Shown here: piece by piece, positions 18,479 to 27,117 of the stretch
Layout: every line of letters starts with the position of its first letter
Position numbering within the stretch: the first letter of the stretch is position 1
Source of the DNA: Methanobrevibacter sp.
GTDB lineage: Archaea; Methanobacteriota; Methanobacteria; Methanobacteriales; Methanobacteriaceae
DNA length: 27,231 nucleotides
NCBI GenBank assembly: GCA_031289975.1
Contig: JAITOM010000292.1
Span: 1-27,231, forward strand
Direction of reading: 5' to 3'
Notes under the pieces: generated by a model
Databases searched by the model: none
What the model was told of the DNA's origin: nothing
What the model saw: only the letters and a program-made list of their open reading frames with translations
Position numbers and translations under genes: made by a program

Positions 18479-18845
18479 TATAGTATATGAAATAATGTTT
18501 GTAAGTAAAGAAAAAATAAAAAATTTTTTCTAACTTAAAACAAGTTTTAAGTAAAGAAAAACATAGTTTTTCTAAGTGAAATAAAAAATTTCACTAAAGA
18601 AAACCAAATCTTTGGTATCGAAGATAACGTAGGAAAATCTAAGAGTTTCCGTTTCGAATTGAACAAGTTCAAGATGAAATTTTTAAAACTGAATAATAAT
18701 TATTAAATTCTTAATTAAAAAAATTATAATTCTTATTCTTAAAAATAATAAAATAAAAATTATTATTTAAAAAATTAATTCAATATTAATTTGAAATTTT
18801 TAAGAATAAAATATTTAAAATAATGACTAATTTTATATCACTATA
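18479..18845 (+). mobile_element. MITE family B, copy B3, with internal insertion
   Basis: Runs from TA|TAGTATATGAAATAATGTTTGTAAG to TTTTATATCACTA|TA; same subrepeats as B2, plus a ~55-bp module that recurs at ~19183-19237. Confidence 0.75.
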
Positions 18846-18914
18846 ATGATTTTGCCAAATTAAAGTTTCACTATAATATAAATATATTTTAATAATAAAT
18901 TTATAGTCCTTTAG

Positions 18915-19010
18915 AGAGTGTAAACTTTTATGGAGGTTTATCCCTATTTTAGGTTTTCTTTATATATAAAAATCCAAAATTTAGAAACCCTCCACATTTT
19001 TTTACAGCCT
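18915..19010. mobile_element. Degenerate ~96-bp inverted-repeat element (possible MITE, family F)
   Basis: AGAGTGTAAACTTTTATGGAGGTTT vs reverse-complemented AGGCTGTAAAAAAATGTGGAGGGTTT; no clear TSD. Confidence 0.35.
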
Positions 19011-19146
19011 CGTCCTTTACCTAACTTTTATTACATTGATAGTAAAATTTTTTATTCAATTCATTATTTGTTATTAATTTAGAAGAGTTATTTTTCATGA
19101 TTTTTCCCATTTAAATGTTATAAATATTTGGTTATAACTATACGCT

Positions 19147-19410
19147 GGATTTTTACAAATGAAGAGTTAATAAAATCAAAAATTTGTTATCAAAGATAAT
19201 TTAGGAAAATTGAAGATCCCTTGTTTCTAACTTAGAATCTAATTCCTCCCCCAACTAAAGCAAGGGGATTCCTTAGATATTATTGTTGAAAAATAGAAAA
19301 TTTTCTAAAATTAAGAAACTATGCTAAATTCGATGAAATGTATATGATCAAAGTTTCTGCCTAAAAACCAAAATTTTTGATTTTAAATTTCCATTCTCTT
19401 TTTACAATCA
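19147..19410 (+). mobile_element. Family E MITE, degenerate copy E2, split by a ~130-bp insertion
   Basis: TGGATTTTTACAAATGAA (19147) and AAATTAAGAAACTATGCTAAA...TTTCTGCCTAAAAACCAAAATTTTTGATTTTAAATTTCCATTCTCTTTTTACAAT match E1. Confidence 0.7.
19237..19278. repeat. GC-rich hairpin resembling an IS200/IS605-family end
   Basis: ATCTAATTCCTCCCCCAACTAAAGCAAGGGGATTCCTTAGAT has CCCC/GGGG arms around a CTAAAG loop and an outer ATCTAA/TTAGAT stem. Confidence 0.45.
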
Positions 19411-19433
19411 CTATTAATTTAAAATAAAGTATA

Positions 19434-20903
19434 CTATTTTTTCTGTAAATTAATTCTTTCAGTCAATATACATCGTTTTCCTTGATTACCACCAATTGGC
19501 ACTTTAGGAGTTCCGATTGAGTTCATACATCTTGCCATGATAGATGTTCCTAAAGCTAAGCCATCGGATACAAATACGGTATCTTTAAATTTGTCATTAA
19601 CAAGATCAAGAATTAATTCTGGTTTTTTACCTGTGATACCAGCCCTTCCTGTAATTCCAAGTACAGACCCTTCAGATACTATATTTTCTTTAAATGCAAC
19701 ATCAAGAACTCTTTCTACAATTAAAGCTGTTACATGATCCATTGTAGCAAATAAAGTAGGTAAACCTGATTCTTCATGAAGTTCTCCACCTAAATCCATA
19801 ACATCTTGAAGTTTATCACCATTAAACCCAACATCACATCCAATTAATGTTGTTCCTGCAGTTTCAGCTGCAACAGGATCTAAAGGAACGGTTCCAAATC
19901 TATCAACATCCATTGGGACTTTTCTAATATCAATTAACTTATGAACTCTATCTGCATTTGATTTAGCTTTTTTCCAATTAGCTTTTCTTAGCATGTTCTT
20001 TGAATACAAATCTATTGCTGCTCCACCATTTTTATCAACTTGACCTGAACCTTTAACAAGTGAATCAGCTATCACCCCAGCTAAACCTAAAAAATTTCCA
20101 ACTGTATTAGCATAAGGCTCAACATTATTTACCACCCTCCCAGCTAAAGTTGAACCAAAATCAATAGAAATGCATGGATTCCTATAATCCACCTCAGTCC
20201 ATTTTGCACCAAGTTTTATACCTGCAGTAACAAGTTCTCCTTCCATCTCATTGGCAACAACCTCATTTCCTTTAGGTGGCAAAACACTAACAACAGCACC
20301 ATCAAACATTACCATATCTAATAAAGAATAGTCCCTAATTCTCTCGGGTAATGAACTTGTAGACATTGCTGGAGTCATTTTACTTGGAGGAATACCTGAA
20401 TCTAAACAACCATTAGCCAAAGCAATTATTAATTTACCTACTTCTTCTGTAGTTCTAAAACCAGCTGTTACACCAGTTGACCTAACAACAAAATCCAAAT
20501 TCTTATTTACATCAATATTAGCAGTTTTCAAACACTCATTAATTGTATTTTTAACCATTTCAGCAATTGATTCTTTTGTTAGTTCAATACCCCAAACAGT
20601 TTTGCCAAAAACCTCTTCTCCTTCTTTAGGAGGTCGTATATCCCTGGTCATTTTAACTGTTTTATTAATTATATAACTATGACTTGTATTTAAGTTAGTT
20701 GCAATAATAATACACTTTGTAGTTGTATTTCCAAGCTCAACTGATGCAGAAATATAATAAACATCAGGCTTCATTGCATATCCTGCACCTACAGTTTTAG
20801 ATGCAAATCCAGAAGTTAAAACATCAGAAATTTTCCTATATTTACTTTCTGCAATAATTGGTTTAGATCCAAAAATTTTTTTAATAAAAGACATTATAAT
20901 CAC
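19434..20903 (-). CDS. Methanogenesis marker protein 14 (DUF2114); start probably ATG 20894
   Basis: SVELGNTTTKCII, VVRSTGVTAGF, VANEMEGELVTAGIK and CISIDFGSTLAG (actin-fold-like phosphate motifs); 489 aa. Confidence 0.85.
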   Translation of the reverse strand: MIIMSFIKKIFGSKPIIAESKYRKISDVLTSGFASKTVGAGYAMKPDVYYISASVELGNTTTKCIIIATNLNTSHSYIINKTVKMTRDIRPPKEGEEVFGKTVWGIELTKESIAEMVKNTINECLKTANIDVNKNLDFVVRSTGVTAGFRTTEEVGKLIIALANGCLDSGIPPSKMTPAMSTSSLPERIRDYSLLDMVMFDGAVVSVLPPKGNEVVANEMEGELVTAGIKLGAKWTEVDYRNPCISIDFGSTLAGRVVNNVEPYANTVGNFLGLAGVIADSLVKGSGQVDKNGGAAIDLYSKNMLRKANWKKAKSNADRVHKLIDIRKVPMDVDRFGTVPLDPVAAETAGTTLIGCDVGFNGDKLQDVMDLGGELHEESGLPTLFATMDHVTALIVERVLDVAFKENIVSEGSVLGITGRAGITGKKPELILDLVNDKFKDTVFVSDGLALGTSIMARCMNSIGTPKVPIGGNQGKRCILTERINLQKK

Positions 20904-21153
20904 TATAATTAATTTCCCTTATTTATTAATATTAGTTATATTTAAAACCTGATAATATATAGTTTAAGATAAAAAATTTGAAAAATATTTTGTCATTTTC
21001 CCCTTAATTAGGAGCCAGTATATTAACCTTCTCAAAAATTGACTAAAATTTTAATTTTATAAACTTTTAATCAAATTTTTTTCAAAAGTTTGTCTTTTTT
21101 TCCGTTTAAAAAATTTGGTTGAAAATGTTTGATTTTATATACAATTTAATTAA

Positions 21154-21364
21154 TAGTAGTTTTGACAAAGTTCTTAACAAATAATTTTTTTAAAAATAAA
21201 TATTATTAAAATATATTTATTTAAAATTAGTTATATTAATTAAAATAAATTTATATTATTCAAAATTTAAAATTATAGATTTTAATGAAGTAATATTTAA
21301 AATTAAATAATTTAATAAAAAAAATTATCATTCAAAATTTAAGAACTTTTCCAAAAGGACTATA
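21154..21364 (-). mobile_element. MITE family A, complete copy A5
   Basis: Runs from TAGTAGTTTTGACAAAGTTCTTAA to TTAAGAACTTTTCCAAAAGGACTA|TA; reverse complement of A1/A2. Confidence 0.82.
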
Positions 21365-21456
21365 GTTATTTTATTAACTTAATTAAAATTTTGTAATATG
21401 TCCCATACTAATTTTATATTATATTAGTTTATATATAATGAATCTATTCTTTCTAT

Positions 21457-21897
21457 TCATTCTTTATTAATGGTTCTTACTAAAAATATGTCACATGGAG
21501 CATGATGTACCACCTTTTCAGATACACTACCTAAAAGATGTTTATCAATAATACTTTTCCCAGTGCCTAAAATTATCATTTCAACATCTTTTTCTTTCGC
21601 CAAGCTAACAATTACTTCATCAGGTTTTCCTTTCTTCAAAACCTTTTTAAGAGAGATATTTGGATTATTTTTTAAATCAATTAATTTCTCAAATTTATCT
21701 AAAAAATACCCTCCTTTTAATTTAAGTTCTTCAATCATTTCTTCTTTAACATTGCTGGGAGTTAAAAAAGGAACAGAATCATCTACCACATATACTGCAA
21801 TGATTTCAACATTTCTGCCATCGATCAAGTTTCGAGTATGATCTATTAATTGATTAATATACTCACCCATAGTAGGGACTAAAATTTTATTATACAT
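21457..21897 (-). CDS. uspA: Universal stress protein (UspA family)
   Basis: MYNKILVPT...GKPDEVIVSLAKEKDVEMIILGTGK...LLGSVSEKVVHHAPCDIFLV. Confidence 0.93.
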   Translation of the reverse strand: MYNKILVPTMGEYINQLIDHTRNLIDGRNVEIIAVYVVDDSVPFLTPSNVKEEMIEELKLKGGYFLDKFEKLIDLKNNPNISLKKVLKKGKPDEVIVSLAKEKDVEMIILGTGKSIIDKHLLGSVSEKVVHHAPCDIFLVRTINKE

Positions 21898-22086
21898 TCA
21901 AAAACACCAACTGATAAATTAATATTAGATATTAATTTTAGTAAAAATACAAAGATTAATATCCCCCTTAACTATACTCTAAATCATGGTAGATTTCAGA
22001 AATTGTAGATTTCAGAAGAATAATAATCTATCTATTTCATTAAATAAAATATAAGTAATTTTATATTAAATTAGAAAATAATAACT

Positions 22087-23187
22087 TCACATACCCCCTA
22101 AAAAGAAAATTCTTACATAAGCATAGACAATATATAAACCAATTAGAAACAACCCTGAAATTCTATTAAGTTCTCTATTATTTAATTTAAATAAAATAAT
22201 TACTACTACGATGGTTAATATCATTACTGGAGTATCAAAATATAGAGAAAGTGTTTCAATATGAATAGGGTTAAAAATTGATAAAAGTCCAATTGGTATT
22301 AATATATTAAAAGTAATGCTACCAAATACTGTTCCTATAGATAAATCATAAAGACCTTTCATAGCTGAAGATAGAGTTACAACCAATTCAGGGATACTTG
22401 TACCTATAGATAATGTAAATAAAGCCATTATAGTCTCAGGAATACCCATAATATGAGCTAAATGAGTTGCACTATCAATTAAGAAATCACAAGCAATAGC
22501 TAATGCTAATATAGATACAAGCACCAAAATAACATTTTTTGATTTAAGTTTTTCCTTTTTCTCTTCCAACTTATTAATATTATTATTTCCATTGAATGAT
22601 GAATCAAGAATAATTTCTTGTCTATCATCGATTCTTTTAGCACTTTCCTTTTTAAAGCTATTTAAACTCTCTTTTTGATCTTTAATTAAAATTTTAAAGT
22701 AATATAAATAAAAGAATGCCATGATTAATGATCCAAAAATAATGGGCATATTAGAGGATACAATACCAATTTCTCCATTAGATAGAAGTGATGGATTTGT
22801 AAATTTAGCAGATAAAATCATGACAACTATTAATAGTACTCCTGTAATAATAGCTACTAAACCATCACGATTTAAAGATTTCTTATCTGCTTTAACAAAA
22901 CCTGTTATTATTGCAGTAATACCAAATATTCCAGCTATATTCCAGATATTAGATCCAATGACTATTCCAACTCCCATATGAGAACTATGGTTGATAATTG
23001 CTAAAAGGGCTGAACCAAACTCAGGTAAAGAAGTTCCTATTGCTGCAGCAGTAACTCCCAATAATATTTGAGAGACTCCAAGAGCAGCTCCAATTAAAGA
23101 AATATTTTCTATAAAAACATCCGCTGCTTTAATAACAATTATTAAAGATATAATAAGAATTATTGTATTTAGTATAACATCTAACAA
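22087..23187 (-). CDS. CaCA-family Na+/Ca2+ (cation:Ca2+) antiporter, YrbG-like
   Basis: Two alpha repeats, GTSLPE...GSNIWN and GTSIPE...GSITFN, with a charged central loop; TTG start with AAGGT RBS. Confidence 0.92.
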   Translation of the reverse strand: MLDVILNTIILIISLIIVIKAADVFIENISLIGAALGVSQILLGVTAAAIGTSLPEFGSALLAIINHSSHMGVGIVIGSNIWNIAGIFGITAIITGFVKADKKSLNRDGLVAIITGVLLIVVMILSAKFTNPSLLSNGEIGIVSSNMPIIFGSLIMAFFYLYYFKILIKDQKESLNSFKKESAKRIDDRQEIILDSSFNGNNNINKLEEKKEKLKSKNVILVLVSILALAIACDFLIDSATHLAHIMGIPETIMALFTLSIGTSIPELVVTLSSAMKGLYDLSIGTVFGSITFNILIPIGLLSIFNPIHIETLSLYFDTPVMILTIVVVIILFKLNNRELNRISGLFLIGLYIVYAYVRIFFLGGM

Positions 23188-23201
23188 AAAATAACCTTAA
23201 G

Positions 23202-23270
23202 TAGTGATTAATATATTTTTACTAATAGTGATTAAATTGGTTAATAGTGATTAATATTTCTAATAGTAAT
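23202..23270. repeat. Short direct repeats TAGTGATTAA upstream of the antiporter
   Basis: Copies at 23202, 23226 and 23245, plus a degenerate copy at 23264 (spacing 24/19/19). Confidence 0.7.
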
Positions 23271-23342
23271 ATATTTGACTAAATATATTAATTATAAAAA
23301 TAATTAACATTCAAAGCAATGAGTATTTTTAAATAAATTTAT

Positions 23343-23438
23343 TATAGTGATATGTTTTGTAATTAATCATTTAATTTTTAAATATCTTATTTTTAATTTA
23401 AATATCTTACTTTTAAGAATTTTAAATTAATATTAAGT
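23343..23438 (-). mobile_element. MITE family B right end (B7), abutting A6
   Basis: TA|TAGTGATATGTTTTGTAATTAATCATTTAATTTTTAAATATCTTAT...TTTTAAGAATTT is the reverse complement of the B5-type end. Confidence 0.75.
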
Positions 23439-23600
23439 TATAGTGGTTTTGATAAAGTTCTTAATAAATAAACTTTTTTAAAAATAAATATTATTAAAAA
23501 ACATTAATTTAAAATCATTTATATTAATTAAAATATATTTAAATTATTTAAAATTTAAAATTATTAATTTTTATAAAGTAATATTAAAATTATAATATAT
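23439..23600 (-). mobile_element. MITE family A, partial copy A6
   Basis: TA|TAGTGGTTTTGATAAAGTTCTTAATAAAT... is colinear with A4/A5; the far TIR was not found. Confidence 0.72.
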
Positions 23601-23756
23601 TTAATTTGAAAAATAATTTGTATAATTATTATAATTCAATAATTAACAATTTTATTTAAACCAAAAATTTCAACTCAAATTTTAACATGAAAAATTTAAT
23701 TTTTCAAAACACTATAATTTTTCAAAACACTATAGTATACATTATTATAAAAATAA

Positions 23757-23976
23757 TATAGTGTTTTGCAAAATTATTTTCTTTTATTTATATATTAATT
23801 TATTTAAAATTCAAAATTTATTTAAAATTCAATTAAATATTTGCAATCAGAAATTATTTTTATTTCTTTAAATTATTTAAATTAAATTTAAAAGAGCAAA
23901 TATTAATATTTAAAAAAATTAATTTGTAAAAAATTTTTTGAATTAATATAAAAAATTAATTATACAAAACACTATA
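23757..23976. mobile_element. MITE family C (TA-type ends), 220 bp; two more tandem ends at 23701-23716 and 23719-23734
   Basis: TA|TAGTGTTTTGCAAAATTATTTT vs reverse-complemented TA|TAGTGTTTTGTATAATTAATTT, about 21/24 identical. Confidence 0.65.
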
Positions 23977-24351
23977 AATTTTGATCTTTTAAATATAGTA
24001 TTTTTAGAATATAATTTTGTTAAAATTATTATTTTTAAATTTAATATTATAATTTTAATTAAAATTAAATTTTATGATATATTAAGAACTTTAAAAATTT
24101 TCAATTAATTAGAAAATTTATTTCCAATGAATAAAAATTATAACTTTTGATATTTTAAATAAAATTATATAATTTAAATAAATAATTATATCCTAATTTT
24201 TTAAATATAATAATATAAATAGCTATTTTTTATAAAAAATAAGATTAAATATTTTTTACTACATTTTATTGATTATTACTTCTTTTATTTTAAATATATC
24301 TGCTATTTTATATGTTAATTATTTCAATATATAATTATTTCATAATAATAC

Positions 24352-24376
24352 TGTTTCATAGTGAAACATTTATATA
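24352..24376 (+). promoter_or_regulatory. Palindromic operator abutting an archaeal TATA box upstream of the ABC exporter
   Basis: TGTTTCA-TAG-TGAAACA (24352-24368) is immediately followed by TTTATATA (24369-24376), 140 bp before the ATG. Confidence 0.6.
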
Positions 24377-24516
24377 CTATTAATTACTAAATGGATATTG
24401 TTAGTATAAATTGAGAAAATTATTTATTAAAAAAATTTTGAAAATATATGCTAACTTCTTAAAAACATTTATTAAAAATCAGAAGTTAAAATAACTGTGA
24501 TTTTTAGGAGTTTACT

Positions 24517-25500
24517 ATGAATAAAGAAGAAAATAGCAAGGAAAATGAATCTTTAGCCATTGAAGCACATGGAATGGTTAAAAAATTTGGAAATTATATG
24601 GCTGTAAATGGAGTTGATTTAAAGGTTCCAGTAGGAAGTATTTATGGTTTAGTAGGTCCTAATGGTGCTGGAAAAACCACCATTATCAATATGTTAGCTA
24701 CACTCACCCAAGCAAATGATGGTACAATTAAAATCTTTAATTATGATGTAAAGAAGGAAAACAATATTGTCAGACAATTAATAGGTCTAACTGGTCAATT
24801 TGCCTCAATTGATGAAAATCTATCTGCAATAGAGAACCTAATGATATTTGGGAAATTACATGGATTATCAGGTGGAGAGGCTAAAAAACGTGCTTATGAA
24901 CTTTTAGAAGAATTTAATCTTACAGAGCATAAAAAAAAATCAGTTGAAAAATTTTCAGGTGGTATGCGCCGTCGACTTGACCTTGCAGTAAGTTTGATTT
25001 CAGAACCACCACTTATTTTTTTGGATGAACCCACCACTGGTTTAGACCCACGTACTCGGGCACAATTGTGGAAAACTATTCGAAAATTAGTTGAAAAAGG
25101 TTCAACTATATTATTAACTACTCAATATCTCGATGAGGCTGATCAGTTAGCAGATCGAATCATGTTGATTGATCATGGACAAGTTGTAATCGATGGCACA
25201 CCAGACCAACTCAAAGATTCTATAGGTGCTGAATCACTTCAGTTCACTGTTCGCAATATTGAAAAAGTTAATGAAGCTATGAAAATTGTTGAAAAAATCC
25301 TTGGTGTTGAAGTTCAGCAAGTGGAAGATTCGAATGTGACAGCACCAATGACCCAGATAGATAAACTTGTTGATATACTAAATGAACTGAATAAAGCAAA
25401 TATACATCTATCTGATGTTCACATACAAAAACCAACCTTAGATGATGTTTTCATGACTTTAACTGCTGAATCAATTAAAAATGTTCCAGGAGAAAAATGA
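24517..25500 (+). CDS. ABC exporter ATP-binding subunit, DrrA-like
   Basis: GPNGAGKT, signature FSGGMRRRLDLA, LDEPTTGLDP and C-terminal KPTLDDVFMTLT. Confidence 0.93.
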   Translation: MNKEENSKENESLAIEAHGMVKKFGNYMAVNGVDLKVPVGSIYGLVGPNGAGKTTIINMLATLTQANDGTIKIFNYDVKKENNIVRQLIGLTGQFASIDENLSAIENLMIFGKLHGLSGGEAKKRAYELLEEFNLTEHKKKSVEKFSGGMRRRLDLAVSLISEPPLIFLDEPTTGLDPRTRAQLWKTIRKLVEKGSTILLTTQYLDEADQLADRIMLIDHGQVVIDGTPDQLKDSIGAESLQFTVRNIEKVNEAMKIVEKILGVEVQQVEDSNVTAPMTQIDKLVDILNELNKANIHLSDVHIQKPTLDDVFMTLTAESIKNVPGEK

Positions 25501-25501
25501 A

Positions 25502-26314
25502 ATGATCCCTAAAAATATCATTCCAGCAAATAAACGAGAATTGAAAAACTATATTGGGATAGGCACAACCATCAAAAATACATTAACACTCACACATCGT
25601 GCTTTGCTTAAAATGATCCATAACCCTGAAGTTTTCTTTGATATGACTTTGATGCCGATTACATTCACATTACTGTTTGCATTTATCTTTGGAGGTGCAA
25701 TATCTGGAAACATCACTAATTACTTACCAACTCTTATCCCAGGTGTCTTAATCATGACATTCGTCACAAGTTGTGGATCGGCTGGTGCACAAGTCCGTGA
25801 AGATGCAGATAAGGGTATAATGAATCGGTTCAAATCAATGCCAATTGCACGTATAGCTCCATTAGCAAGTATATTGATTGCCGATTTTGTTAAATATGCT
25901 GTGGCTGGGATTATTGTCTTTGTAATTGGATTTCTACTTGGATATCAACCAGATGCTGGTATTATTGCAGTTGGAGTCACTATACTCTTTTTGATGTTCA
26001 TTACATGGTGCTTAAGTTGGGTATTTGCATGGGTAGGTATGATTGTTAAATCTGCATCAACCGTCACTTCAGTGTCAACTATGATGATGATGCCATTGAG
26101 TTTTTTATCCAATGCATTAGTCCCAGTCGAAACTATGCCATGGTGGTTGCAATGGTTTGTAAATATAAACCCGTTGAGTCATGTTATTACTGCTATTCGT
26201 CTCATGTTAACAAATGGAACTGTAGGATTAGATTTTTTAGTGTCTTTAGGATGTTGTTTTCTTATCTTAATTATATTCATTCCTCTAACACTACATGCTT
26301 ACAAGAAAAAATAA
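25502..26314 (+). CDS. ABC-2 type exporter permease, DrrB-like; start reset to ATG 25502
   Basis: Six-TM pattern with GIMNRFKSMPIARIA and PVETMPWWLQWFVNINPLSHVITAIR; the AGGAG RBS fits ATG 25502 better than 25481. Confidence 0.9.
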   Translation: MIPKNIIPANKRELKNYIGIGTTIKNTLTLTHRALLKMIHNPEVFFDMTLMPITFTLLFAFIFGGAISGNITNYLPTLIPGVLIMTFVTSCGSAGAQVREDADKGIMNRFKSMPIARIAPLASILIADFVKYAVAGIIVFVIGFLLGYQPDAGIIAVGVTILFLMFITWCLSWVFAWVGMIVKSASTVTSVSTMMMMPLSFLSNALVPVETMPWWLQWFVNINPLSHVITAIRLMLTNGTVGLDFLVSLGCCFLILIIFIPLTLHAYKKK

Positions 26315-26368
26315 AATTTTTAAAAAAAATATAAAAAAATTTTAAAAAAATAAAATGAGGTTATTAAA

Positions 26369-27055
26369 ATGAATTTTAGTGAAAAATTAGATAATTTAGA
26401 CTTTGAAAATATGTCAATAGCTGAAATAATAGCTATTATAAATAAAACACATTTAATCTATTTAAGTCATGAAATTAAAGATTTAGACATTAATATATTT
26501 GAAATTCCAATAATTTCTAAAATAAAAGATAATGGGGAATCTTCTTTAGACAATCTAAGAGATAATCAAGAATTAAATAAGATACATATAGAAAGGATCT
26601 TAGAAAACTTAGAAAGAATAGGAATAATTGAGATAGTAGATGTGGAAAGTTCTTATAATAATAAAAAATATAAGGTATCTTTAACTGAAAAAGGAAATAA
26701 AACTATGTTAAATGTTGAAGAAATAGAAAAAAATTGGGAAGATTTACTTTTTAAAGAGTTTAAATCATTTAATAAGGAAAATTTTAAAGAAAATTTAAAA
26801 GATTTAGTTAAAAATTCTATTTCAATTGTAAACAAAAAAGAGATATTAAAAGATAGAATATTTCCTCAGAACTTCAGAACATTTGAAAGAGGCAATGTTT
26901 TTCCATCAGGGATTTTTAATAGAGGAGATGAATTTTTTAGTAGAATAAATGAATCTTTTTTCGATGGCTTTAGAAAAGATTCAAGATGTGATTTTCATGG
27001 AAGAGGTGAAGAATTTCATGGTAGAAAAAATAAAAAAAATCGAGGATATTTTTAG
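26369..27055 (+). CDS. MarR-like winged-helix regulator with an F/R/G-rich C-terminal tail
   Basis: ILENLERIGIIEIVD...KKYKVSLTEKG followed by helices fits the MarR wing; GAGGT RBS; low-complexity tail. Confidence 0.7.
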   Translation: MNFSEKLDNLDFENMSIAEIIAIINKTHLIYLSHEIKDLDINIFEIPIISKIKDNGESSLDNLRDNQELNKIHIERILENLERIGIIEIVDVESSYNNKKYKVSLTEKGNKTMLNVEEIEKNWEDLLFKEFKSFNKENFKENLKDLVKNSISIVNKKEILKDRIFPQNFRTFERGNVFPSGIFNRGDEFFSRINESFFDGFRKDSRCDFHGRGEEFHGRKNKKNRGYF

Positions 27056-27117
27056 TATTTTTCACAAATCATTGGAGTCTACAATTTTCTTTCTCTTTCA
27101 GGTTTTAATTCTATTTA

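Noticed and set aside
19021-19110. 29-aa minus-strand ORF MGKIMKNNSSKLITNNELNKKFYYQCNKS
   Set aside because: No convincing RBS, AT-driven composition, and it sits between degenerate elements; it may be a fragment but is unsupported.
122-23976. CRISPR array interpretation of the recurring intergenic repeats
   Set aside because: There is no regular repeat-spacer period. The repeats are dispersed, occur in both orientations and have TIRs, and no cas genes are present.
25299-26143. The only CCWWGG sites I spotted (25299, 26138) are both in the foreign-looking ABC genes, hinting at site avoidance elsewhere
   Set aside because: The scan was by eye and only a handful of sites are expected at this base composition; a genome-wide count is needed.
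4416-26835. Short ORF-track entries at 4416, 5183, 5475, 6991, 13675, 15176, 16498, 19537, 21563, 22721, 26140 and 26653
   Set aside because: Each lies antisense to, or in another frame of, a well-supported gene or pseudogene and has no recognisable motif.
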